Both the position numbers and the translations under genes were made by a program. From NCBI GenBank assembly GCA_964493865.1, contig CAZBPS010000010.1:17051-81050 (forward strand): a stretch of 64,000 nt of DNA, given 5' to 3'. Under the pieces are notes generated by a model, which was not told the DNA's origin, searched no databases, and worked only from the letters and a program-made list of their open reading frames with translations. The first letter of the stretch is position 1; each line of letters starts with the position of its first letter. This DNA is from an uncultured Flavipsychrobacter sp. Its GTDB lineage: Bacteria; Bacteroidota; Bacteroidia; Chitinophagales; Chitinophagaceae. Below, piece by piece: positions 9,581-18,900 of this stretch.

Positions 9581-10276
9581 TTATTGAGTTTGATATTTTT
9601 TCATCCCTATCTCAGCTCGGGCTTTGTTTGTCTCGTCCAAATTCAATGGTAATTGATAAGTGCTTTTACCGGTAATTTTATCGAGATGAGGCTGCACATA
9701 ATAGAGTTTTGGCAAGTTTTTACCGGTTTGTCTGCGATCGTAAATCATCGCAAATACTTCTGCAGATACCTTCCCTTTCTTAATAAGGTCTTTCACCATG
9801 TTCAAATGGCTATCCTCCAGCAATTCAGGTAAATGCAAAAAGAAGGTAGTCACCTCCCATGGTTCAATATAAGTGGGAAAACCGTAGTTGTTTATTATGG
9901 CAATAATCTTACGCATATTTGCAGTGTCAATATGCTGCTGTAGGTTGTCAAGTGAATCTTTCTGGTTTTTTGATATACCTGTTTTGTTCATCTGCACATC
10001 TTTCATACGCTGCCATTTATCCTTTTCAGGCATCATCCGGAGAGCAGCCAGTTTTGCGGAATCTATTTCGCCCAGCATTACCATCCACCTGTATTTCTGG
10101 TCTTCAGCCATCATACCTTTTATCTCCTGTTTCAGGCTGTCTTACTGATGCCTGGTGAGCTTGGGGTATTTTACTTCCTGTGCATATGAAAATGTTGATG
10201 CCAGTAGTAACAGGCATAACAGGGGCTGAAATTTTCCAGCCCTTATTAAAAATTTTCTGAAATATCTGTTACTCAT
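9581..10276 (-). pseudogene. Secreted helical protein (DUF6624-like) interrupted by one in-frame TAA at 10142-10144
   Basis: Upstream of the track ORF (10114) the same frame reads MSNRYFRKFLIRAGKFQPLLCLLLLASTFSYAQEVKYPKLTRHQ*DSLKQEIKGMMAEDQKYR, i.e. a signal peptide, then a single stop. The downstream part has NNYGFP, MIYDR and TNKARAEIGM. Confidence 0.65.
10221..10244. repeat. Degenerate REP copy
   Basis: AGGGGCTGAAATTTTCCAGCCCTT compared with the consensus GTAGGGGCTGAAAATTTTCAGCCCCTAC. Confidence 0.75.
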
Positions 10277-10345
10277 AAAATGGGCATCTAATCATGTTAA
10301 ACATCACCTCGTCATATGTATCTGTTTTATTATTGCATCTGTATT

Positions 10346-10373
10346 GTAGGGGCTGAAAATTTTCAGCCCCTGC
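10346..10373. repeat. GTAG-REP palindrome downstream of RAYT
   Basis: GTAGGGGCTGAAAATTTTCAGCCCCTGC, one mismatch to the perfect palindrome. Confidence 0.9.
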
Positions 10374-10447
10374 ATGCGAACATTATTGATAACGACTGGA
10401 AATTTTTATCCTTGCATTTTCTAAATATTCTTACCCCATTTTTATAC

Positions 10448-11077
10448 TTATTGTTTCCACAATCTATCGTCATTCCAGCTTTTAGCATTGTTGGTTATGT
10501 ACGTGGCAATTCGCAGATATGACTGTTCATCCCGAATAATATGATCATGGTAATTCCGCTGCCATATTTTTCTCTCCTGCGAAAATTCTGCCGGAATCTC
10601 GTTACGAAACCATTTTGTAACGCCGATTTTAAAACCCTTTACAATTGAACCGATTGAGCGTGGGATCATTTTTTGAAATTCGTGTTGTTTTGATTGTATT
10701 GGTGTTGTGTTCTTGCGTTGTACGAGGTGAAAATCTTCATGTAGGGGCTGAAAATTTTCAGCCCCTACATTGTTTATATCATTTATACCTGAATTAGCGG
10801 CCTGGCCCGATTGCAACTCGATAATGCCATGCACATGATTGGGCATTATGGTATGTTCATGCAATACTGCATTAGGGAAATGCTTCGGTATATCCAGCCA
10901 AAATTTCTCTGCAATGATACCTGCATCATTTAAAATCATTTCATCGTTTACAACTTCCCCAAACAAACATTCTCTATTGTGCGTGCAGACTGTAATAAAA
11001 TACAGCCCTTCCTTCGAATAGTCGTATCCTTTCAGACGGATAGATTTTCGATGATGATGTTTTTGATTATCGGTCAT
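10448..11077 (-). mobile_element. REP-associated tyrosine transposase (RAYT / TnpA-REP, Y1 HUH family)
   Basis: RKSIRLKGYDYS, YFITVCT, HUH motif MPNHVHGII, WQRNYHDHIIR, catalytic-Tyr helix YITNN; flanked by GTAG palindromes. Confidence 0.9.
10739..10770. repeat. Perfect 32-bp REP palindrome inside the RAYT CDS
   Basis: ATGTAGGGGCTGAAAATTTTCAGCCCCTACAT; encodes NVGAENFQPLH in frame. Confidence 0.9.
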
Positions 11078-11136
11078 TGTTCAATATTACAATTATTATT
11101 TTGGGGTGTGGTGTTGTAGGAACTGGAAAATGTTAC

Positions 11137-11164
11137 GTAGGGGCTGAAAATTTTCAGCCCCTAC
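11137..11164. repeat. GTAG-REP palindrome upstream of RAYT
   Basis: GTAGGGGCTGAAAATTTTCAGCCCCTAC, perfect 28-bp palindrome. Confidence 0.9.
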
Positions 11165-11240
11165 ATACCAAAAAAAATTCTGCCAATACCCCACCAAAAT
11201 AAAAACACCCTAATCTCACCAAACGCTTGCTGGGCGCAAC

Positions 11241-11279
11241 AACTATTTTCCGTCACGGTACAGTTACTGTACTGTGATG
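11241..11279. repeat. Dispersed hairpin element A, copy 1
   Basis: AACTATTTTC-CGTCACGGTACAG-TTA-CTGTACTGTGATG; similar to the reverse complement of 42313-42351. Confidence 0.7.
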
Positions 11280-11412
11280 CTTTTTTTATTTGGCTGGCAA
11301 AACCGTGTTTGCGAACTTTACATCGTTTCAGCTCCCGCTGCCTTACAAGTGGTAGTTGATACCTGTTCTTTGAATGATTGTATGAAAATTAGCACTGCAA
11401 CCGCCAAAAAAA

Positions 11413-11524
11413 GTGAGCAAGTATAGTGAGCAACGTTTGAGCAAGAAGTGAGCAACATTTTGAGTATAATTGTTTAATTATGAGTTGATTATGATTTTTT
11501 AGAGTTTTTTTCAAAAGTGAGCAA
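11413..11524 (+). repeat. Five-box GTGAGCAA element B, copy 1
   Basis: Boxes at 11413, 11426, 11437 (TTGAGCAA), 11448 and 11517, the last immediately before ATG 11526. Confidence 0.85.
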
Positions 11525-11525
11525 T

Positions 11526-11945
11526 ATGCAAAAACGGGTAACAGGTATAGGCGGCATCTTTTTCAAATGCGAAGACCCGGCAGCAGTGCGCGAATGGTAT
11601 GCCACGCACCTCGGCTTCAATACCGACCAGTATGGCACCTCCTTCGAGTGGCGTCATGCTGAGAAACCGGAAAGAAAAGGCCACACTGTATGGAGTACCT
11701 TCCCCATGGATACCAATTACTTTGCGCCCTCCGGCAAAGACTTTATGATAAACCTGCGCGTAGAAAACCTGGAATGGCTATTGGCAGAACTGAAAAAAGA
11801 AGGTATTGAACAAATCGGTGAAATGCAGGTGTATGAATATGGCAAGTTCGCCCATATTACTGACCCCGAGGGAAATAAGATAGAACTATGGGAACCAAAC
11901 GATGATGAATATGAAAAAATGGTGGAAGATAATGTGACAAAGTAG
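11526..11945 (+). CDS. VOC/glyoxalase family protein
   Basis: RVTGIGGIFFK, MINLRVENL, YGKFAHITDPEGNKIELWEP. Confidence 0.85.
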   Translation: MQKRVTGIGGIFFKCEDPAAVREWYATHLGFNTDQYGTSFEWRHAEKPERKGHTVWSTFPMDTNYFAPSGKDFMINLRVENLEWLLAELKKEGIEQIGEMQVYEYGKFAHITDPEGNKIELWEPNDDEYEKMVEDNVTK

Positions 11946-11948
11946 GTG

Positions 11949-12004
11949 ATTAACCCCGCATTCCACCACATTAACCCCACATTCCATCACATTAACCCCA
12001 CATT
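11949..12004. repeat. 21-bp tandem repeat, about 2.7 copies
   Basis: ATTAACCCCGCATTCCACCAC / ATTAACCCCACATTCCATCAC / ATTAACCCCACATT. Confidence 0.9.
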
Positions 12005-12034
12005 TTATTACTTTTACGGCTCAACTAGATCAGA

Positions 12035-13033
12035 GTGAAAGCTATTATTCCGGTTGCAGGGGCAGGTACTAAGCTACGGCCACTTACATATACCCAACCC
12101 AAAGCGCTTATCCCTATAGCAGGCAAAACTATCCTCGGGGTTATTATAGACCAGTTATTGGATGCCGGTGTTACCGAATTCGTATTTGTCATCGGCTACC
12201 TCGGCGAAAAGATACAACGCTATATAGATAAGGCATACCCCGACCTGAAGTACACTATAGTGACACAAAACGACCGTCGTGGCACCGGCCACGCCATATG
12301 GCTCACCCGCGATGCTGTAAATGATGACGAAGTGATGATAGTGCTGGGCGATACCGTATGCGACTATAATGTAAAAGAGATACTCAATAGCGACGTGTCG
12401 CAGATAGGGGTGCGTAAGGTAGATGACCCCCGCAGTTTTGGCGTAGCAGAGCTCAATGATGATGATATGGTCATCCGTATGGTGGAGAAACCGCTTATCC
12501 CCAAATCGAATATGGCCATGGTGGGCATATACTATATAAAAGAAACTGCCGCCATGTTTGCCGCGCTCGATGCCCATTTGCACAATACCGCCGATGAGAA
12601 CGGGGAATACCACCTCACCAATGCCCTGCAGCATATGGTGGAAGGCGGCCTTAAAATGCATGCCTTTCGTGTAAATAACTGGTTCGACTGTGGTAAAAAA
12701 GAGAGCCTGCTGTCCACAAACGCCACCCTGCTCAGAAAGATGGAAGAGGAGCATCCTGAAAAGCAGCAACAAGCATATGATACTACTGTTATCATACACC
12801 CTGTAAGCATAGCCGAAGGCTGCGTGATACGGCACTCCATCATAGGCCCTAATGTGACCATAGGCGAGCACACTAAGGTAGAGTCTTCCATTATCAAGGA
12901 CTCTATCATCGGCTCTTATGCCGAGCTTCAGCAGGTGGTACTCACATCGTCAATCATTGGCAATGATGCCTTTGTGCGCGGGCTAAACCAAAGCCTCAAT
13001 ATAGGCGACAATACAGAGATAGACCTGGGGTAG
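12035..13033 (+). CDS. Sugar-phosphate nucleotidyltransferase (long-form glucose-1-phosphate thymidylyltransferase-like)
   Basis: IPVAGAGTKLRP, PKALIPIAGK, EKP, WFDCG, C-terminal left-handed beta-helix repeats; GTG start. Confidence 0.9.
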   Translation: MKAIIPVAGAGTKLRPLTYTQPKALIPIAGKTILGVIIDQLLDAGVTEFVFVIGYLGEKIQRYIDKAYPDLKYTIVTQNDRRGTGHAIWLTRDAVNDDEVMIVLGDTVCDYNVKEILNSDVSQIGVRKVDDPRSFGVAELNDDDMVIRMVEKPLIPKSNMAMVGIYYIKETAAMFAALDAHLHNTADENGEYHLTNALQHMVEGGLKMHAFRVNNWFDCGKKESLLSTNATLLRKMEEEHPEKQQQAYDTTVIIHPVSIAEGCVIRHSIIGPNVTIGEHTKVESSIIKDSIIGSYAELQQVVLTSSIIGNDAFVRGLNQSLNIGDNTEIDLG

Positions 13034-13075
13034 GCATTTTACACCGCATTTTAAGTTTTACCTTATCTTAGCGGT

Positions 13076-15916
13076 ATGCCGGAAAAGAAACTGTTTTTGC
13101 TTGATGCCTTTGCGCTCATATTTCGCGCCTACTATGCCCTGATACGTAACCCCAGGGTGACCAGTAAAGGAAAAAATACCAATGCCCAGTTCGGGTTTAC
13201 CTCTACCCTGCTCGACCTTATCAATAAGGAAAAGCCCACACACCTGGCAGTTGTGTTCGACACCTCTGCCCCTACCGAAAGGCATACTGACTTTGAAGCC
13301 TATAAAGCCAACCGCCAGGAAACCCCGGAAGACCTTTCGGCAGCAGTGCCCGATATAAAACGCATTATCAAAGGCTTTAACCTGCCCTGCCTTGAGCTGG
13401 ACGGATATGAGGCTGATGACATAATTGGCTCGCTGGCACTGGAAGCGGCGGACCTTGGCTACACCGTATATATGGTTACCCCCGATAAGGACTACGGGCA
13501 GATAGTGCGTGAGAAAGTGTTTATCTACAAACCCGCATCAGGCTTCAGCAACCTGGAGATACTGGGTGAAAAAGAGGTTTGCGCTAAGTGGGGTATCAAG
13601 CGTGTGGACCAAGTGGTAGATATGCTTGGCCTGATGGGGGATGCGGTAGATAATATACCCGGCATACCGGGAGTGGGTGAAAAGACCGCCGCCAAACTGC
13701 TTGCAGAGTATGACAACATAGAAAATATTCTTGCCAATGCCGACAAGATCAAGGGTGCGTTAGGCGAAAAGGTGCGTAACGGAAAAGACATGGCCCTGTT
13801 ATCCAAAAAACTGGCAACCATCATTACCAATGTGCCTGTGCCGTTCCATGAAGAGGATTTTAGGGTGAAAGAAAAGAATGTAGAAGCATTGACGGAAGTA
13901 TTCAATGAACTGGAGTTTAAAACTTTGGGCAAGAGAGTGCTTGGTGATAATGGCGTAGCGGCACCTGTCGCTACCGACCTCTTTGGTAATGCCATTGCAC
14001 AAAAGAGAGGGGCTACCACACAGCAACCTGCGGCCACCACCAATAACGAAACCACCACCTTGCCTGAAGAGCAGGCCGAACCAATACCGTCTAATGTTGC
14101 GACCATAGATCAGGTGCCTCATACCTATACTTTAGTGACGACGGAAACAGAAATTGATAACCTGCTGAGTGAACTTAGTAAGTATAAAGAAATTGCCTTT
14201 GATACAGAGACAACAGATATTGATCCGAACCTTGCCGACCTGGTAGGCATGAGCTTTAGTTTTGAAAAAGGCACCGGTTACTTTGTTTCGGTGCCAGCTG
14301 TAAGGGAGGCTGTAATCAAGGTACTGGAGCGGTTCCGGCCACTATTTGAAGACCCTGCAATACTGTGGGTTGGCCAGAATATAAAGTATGACATGATCAT
14401 GCTGAAATGGTATGGTTTCCGGCTGGCAGGCGATATTTATGATACCATGCTTGCCAATTATGTAATCGACCCTGATGGCAAGCGCAGCATGGATATGCTG
14501 AGCGTAAAATACCTTAATTATGAACCGGTATCTATTGAAACACTGATAGGAAAAAAAGGAAAGGGGCAGCTATCTATGCGGGACGCCCCGCTGGAGCAGG
14601 TGAAAGAATATGCCGCGGAAGATGCCGATGTAACACTGCAACTAAAAAAGGCTTTCGACCCGCTGCTTATTGAAAAGGAAGTAAACCGTGTATTTGAAGA
14701 AGTGGAGAACCCACTTGTACCTGTGCTCCTTGATATGGAGTACGAAGGTGTGGGCCTTGATGTAGATTTCTTACGGGAATATTCAAAAGAACTGGAAAAA
14801 GATATACGCCAGGCAGAAGAGAACATATACCGTCATGCGGGCGTAAATTTCAATATTGGGTCACCTAAGCAATTAGGCGAGGTATTGTTTGAAGTAATGA
14901 AAATAGATGCCGGGCAAAAGAAAACAAAGACCGGACAATATGCCACCGGGGAAGATATACTGCAAAAGCTACGCCACAAACACCAGGTAGTGGAGGATAT
15001 ACTTGCCTACCGGGAGCTGACGAAGCTGAAGAGTACTTACGTAGATTCATTACCGGGACTTATTAACCCGCGCACAGGGCGACTGCACACCAGCTACAAC
15101 CAGGCTGTAGCTGTAACAGGACGGCTGAGCAGCAATAACCCTAACCTGCAGAATATACCTATACGCACAGACCGCGGCCGCGAGATACGCAAAGCCTTCA
15201 TACCAAGAAATAAAGACTACCGCATTATCTCAGCCGACTATTCGCAAATAGAACTGCGCATAGTAGCAGCGATAAGCGGAGATGAGGCCATGATAGCGGC
15301 CTTTAAAGAAAATAAAGACATACATACAGCTACTGCTGCCAAAGTATATGGAGTAGAAGAAAAAGATGTAACAAAAGATATGAGGCGGGCCGCGAAGGCC
15401 GTGAACTTCGGTATCATATACGGGCAATCAGCATTCGGGCTGGCGGAGAATATCGGTGTAAGCCGCACGGAAGCAAAAACCATCATTGACAACTATTTTA
15501 CCCAATACCCGTCTATAAAGAAATACATGGATGGCTCTATAAATTTTGCCAAAGAGCATGGCTATGTGCAAACCGTTATGGGCCGGAAACGCTGGCTGAA
15601 GGATATATACTCGGCGAATTTCACCGTACGCGGATATGCAGAACGAAATGCCATCAATATGCCGATACAAGGCACAGCGGCTGATATGATAAAGCTGGCC
15701 ATGATAGCGATACACCGCGAACTGAAAGCGCAGAATTTTGGTACTAAAATGATTTTGCAGGTACATGACGAATTGGTATTTGACGTACCAGTAGGCGAAG
15801 AAGACAGAGTAAGGCCACTTATCAAAACGTGTATGGAAAATGCGATGAAGCTTCCCCACGATGTGCCCTCCAGTGTGGAGACAGGCATGGGTAATAACTG
15901 GCTGGAAGCCCATTGA
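13076..15916 (+). CDS. polA: DNA polymerase I
   Basis: 5'-3' exonuclease (YEADDIIG, GDAVDNIPG), 3'-5' exonuclease (FDTETT), polymerase motifs ADYSQIELR, KAVNFGIIYG, QVHDELVF. Confidence 0.99.
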   Translation: MPEKKLFLLDAFALIFRAYYALIRNPRVTSKGKNTNAQFGFTSTLLDLINKEKPTHLAVVFDTSAPTERHTDFEAYKANRQETPEDLSAAVPDIKRIIKGFNLPCLELDGYEADDIIGSLALEAADLGYTVYMVTPDKDYGQIVREKVFIYKPASGFSNLEILGEKEVCAKWGIKRVDQVVDMLGLMGDAVDNIPGIPGVGEKTAAKLLAEYDNIENILANADKIKGALGEKVRNGKDMALLSKKLATIITNVPVPFHEEDFRVKEKNVEALTEVFNELEFKTLGKRVLGDNGVAAPVATDLFGNAIAQKRGATTQQPAATTNNETTTLPEEQAEPIPSNVATIDQVPHTYTLVTTETEIDNLLSELSKYKEIAFDTETTDIDPNLADLVGMSFSFEKGTGYFVSVPAVREAVIKVLERFRPLFEDPAILWVGQNIKYDMIMLKWYGFRLAGDIYDTMLANYVIDPDGKRSMDMLSVKYLNYEPVSIETLIGKKGKGQLSMRDAPLEQVKEYAAEDADVTLQLKKAFDPLLIEKEVNRVFEEVENPLVPVLLDMEYEGVGLDVDFLREYSKELEKDIRQAEENIYRHAGVNFNIGSPKQLGEVLFEVMKIDAGQKKTKTGQYATGEDILQKLRHKHQVVEDILAYRELTKLKSTYVDSLPGLINPRTGRLHTSYNQAVAVTGRLSSNNPNLQNIPIRTDRGREIRKAFIPRNKDYRIISADYSQIELRIVAAISGDEAMIAAFKENKDIHTATAAKVYGVEEKDVTKDMRRAAKAVNFGIIYGQSAFGLAENIGVSRTEAKTIIDNYFTQYPSIKKYMDGSINFAKEHGYVQTVMGRKRWLKDIYSANFTVRGYAERNAINMPIQGTAADMIKLAMIAIHRELKAQNFGTKMILQVHDELVFDVPVGEEDRVRPLIKTCMENAMKLPHDVPSSVETGMGNNWLEAH

Positions 15917-15940
15917 TATGATGCTATAAGGTAAATGCTA

Positions 15941-15979
15941 TACAGAGAAAGCCCCGCGATTTGCGGGGCTTTCTCTGTA
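15941..15979. terminator. Bidirectional intrinsic terminator between convergent polA and the T9SS cargo gene
   Basis: Perfect 17-bp stem TACAGAGAAAGCCCCGC-GATTT-GCGGGGCTTTCTCTGTA. Confidence 0.85.
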
Positions 15980-15997
15980 TGCAATCTCAAGTTCAGC

Positions 15998-18900
15998 TTA
16001 TTGTTCTACTACGAAGTGGAACACAGCTTTCTGAGTGCCTGAACGGAGGTTAAGTAAATACATACCATTAGCAAGGTTGTTGCTTAACTGTATTTGCTCT
16101 TCAATATTTCCGTTGCGGCTCATTATTTTGTTATTGTAGATAACCTGACCAATCATGTTAGTTATCTCAACTGACATTTCTTCGTCTGCAGCATTGCCAA
16201 ATGCACCCTTGATAGTGAATGTGCCTTTGTTCGGGTTCGGCACAAGTACTACAGTATTGTTTGCATTAACCTGATCAACACCTACACCTGAAGCACGAAG
16301 TGTAAGGGTCAGAGATTTTTTAAGTGAGTTTCCACCACATGGGCCGCTGGCAGTAACGATAACTGCTATTGAATCCCTGTTGAAGAACTCCTGGCGTACG
16401 AATGTAGCGTTAGTTGCACCGGCAATCTCATGACCGTTGATATACCACTGGTATGTTGGGTTGCTGCCGCCATTGGTAACAAATGCGTGCAAAGAATCAA
16501 CCTGCCATACATCGATACCAATGCCAGGGAACGCACGCAATACAACAGAAGGAGTAAGTATTGCTTCATGAGCAACTACCGCAGTACCTAACATTGTGTT
16601 AGGGCAATAAGTAATCTGGCTTGTTGCTTCGATAGTATAATTACCGGTCATATTCTGCAAACCAAAATCAAGTGGTGCGCCGGTAGCGTCAAGAGAACCA
16701 AGTGTAGCAGAACCATTACGCAGATAGTAACGGATGCCTGGCTCTGAACCGTCGAGGCCAACAACAACACCTGCACCACCAGGGCAGAATGTTCCGCCGC
16801 CGGTTACGTTATGTACATCAGGTAATGGAATGATATTAACAGTAACACTACCCAACATATCGTTGCTACAATTTGGCAAAGCAGATGTTTCAGTAGCTCT
16901 AACTGTATAAGTACCTGCAACGTTCTGCAAGCCAAGGTCGATTGCCGCACCTGTACCATCAGCACTGTCAACGAGAATTGCACCTCTCCATAATTTATAT
17001 CTCACGTCGACATCAGAATTAGGCAGGTAAACATGCACACCTGAATCTGTAGCGCAGAAATAACCCGGATATAGTGGATTAGGACCTGTGATAGATGTGA
17101 GGTAAGCAGTGGGCAATGATTTTACATTAATGGTTGCACTGCCTGCCATGTCGCTTTCACAGCCGGTTGAAGCGTTAACTGCATGAACAGTATAAGTTCC
17201 GGTAGTTGCTATCGCACCGAAATCAAGTGCTGCATCTGCACCACCTACAACAGCGCCCACAGGGGTAGTGCCATTCAATAATTGGTAGTTAACACCTGTA
17301 TTACCCATATCAAGACCAACATGTGCACCGGCAGTACCGGCACAGAATGTTCCACCGCCGGTAACACTATGTACCGTAGGAAGCGGATTTACACCTACTG
17401 TAACATCACCTGTCATAGAGCCTGTGCATAGATAAAGATCATTAGTAGCTACCACGCTGTATACATCAGGAGAAGTCATCAGCCCAAAGTCGAGTGATGA
17501 GCCTGTACCCGGCAGAATAGTACCTGTTGGTAACCCACCAGCGTGCAATTCGTAAGTCCATCCTATTTGTGAGCCACCAAGCATTACCGGTACACCAGTA
17601 CCACCCACACAATAATTACCACCACCTGTAACAGAATATAGGGTAGGTAGTATATTATTGATAATAGAGCTTCCTGACATGTACCTGGAGCAACCGCTAA
17701 GCAGGTCATTAGCTTTTACTGTATAAACACCATTCGTCTGGAAACCGAAAGTGATTGGCATTCCGGCAGCCCCCGGCATAGCAGGACCTACAGGAATCAA
17801 GCCACTGTAAAGCTGGTATTCTACATTGTCGTCGGAACCGGTTAGAGAAACTTCTACACCTATACCGCCATCGCAATAATCGCCACCAACTGAAACCACG
17901 TAGCTTGTTGGCAATGGCTTAACAAATATTGAAGCGCTGGAGTTCATTGCATTCGAGCAACCTGTAAGTGGGTTTGTAGCCACAACAGTGTATGTGCCGC
18001 CAGCAGTTTTTAAACCGAAATTAATAGCCGAGCCACTACCTGCAACCGGAACACCAACCGCACTTGTATTGTATAGCTGGTAACGGATCCCGCTTGTAGA
18101 GCCTGTAATGCCAACATTCACCCCTGTGCCACCGGAGCAATATTCACCACCGCCGATAACATCAAACGCAATAGGTAATGAATTGATAGTGATAACAGCA
18201 CTGCCTGACATTGCTTTTGAACAAAGGGTTGCGCCGTCAGTTGCGTATACTGTATAAGTGCCTGCAAGTACCTGAGGACCGAAATCCAAGGCAGCGCCTG
18301 TACCCGCTAATGTAACAGGTATTGACAATGGCAAACCGTTATGGTATAAATCATAGTTAACGCCAACTGTAGAGTTGCTGAGGCCTACGTTAACACCGGC
18401 ACCACCAGCGCAATAGCTGCCACCGCCAGTCACGGTGCGTACAACAGGCAACGGGTTGATACCCACTGTTGCCGGATTGAGCATGCTCACCGAGCAGTTT
18501 GTAGTAGTATTCTTAGCCACTACTGTATAGGTTCCGGCAGGGGTAATCAAACCAAAATCTATTGGTCCGCCACCGCTACCCGGTAAAGCGGTGCCTACCG
18601 GAGTAGCACCTTTATATAACTGGTAAGATACGCCGGCATCAGAATTAGAAGTACCGACAGGAACTCCCACACCTCCAAAGCAATAATTACCGCCACCTGT
18701 TACCATATACTGCGCCGGCAACGGATTGTTAGAGACATTTGTGCTGCCGTTCATATTGTTAACACAACCTGTAGCAGTGTTCTCGGCACTAACAGTATAA
18801 TTACCCGAAGCTGTTACCAGGCCAAAGTCAAGGCTAGTACCAGAACCGGAAACAGTGGTAACAGGTATTCCATATTGCTTTAGTGTATAATTAACACCCG

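Noticed and set aside
10142-10144. Stop-codon reassignment or programmed read-through of TAA
   Set aside because: TAA, TAG and TGA all terminate conserved genes normally elsewhere in the window; this is a single isolated case.
10316-10522. 68-aa + strand ORF containing VGAENFQPLH
   Set aside because: The peptide is simply the translated REP palindrome; the ORF overlaps the RAYT 3' end antisense.
10221-11164. REP copies as CRISPR repeats
   Set aside because: Spacing is irregular (125-400 bp) and one copy is inside a CDS; RAYT association explains them.
11949-12004. Possible CRISPR array
   Set aside because: The units are directly adjacent with no unique spacers, and there are no cas genes in the window.
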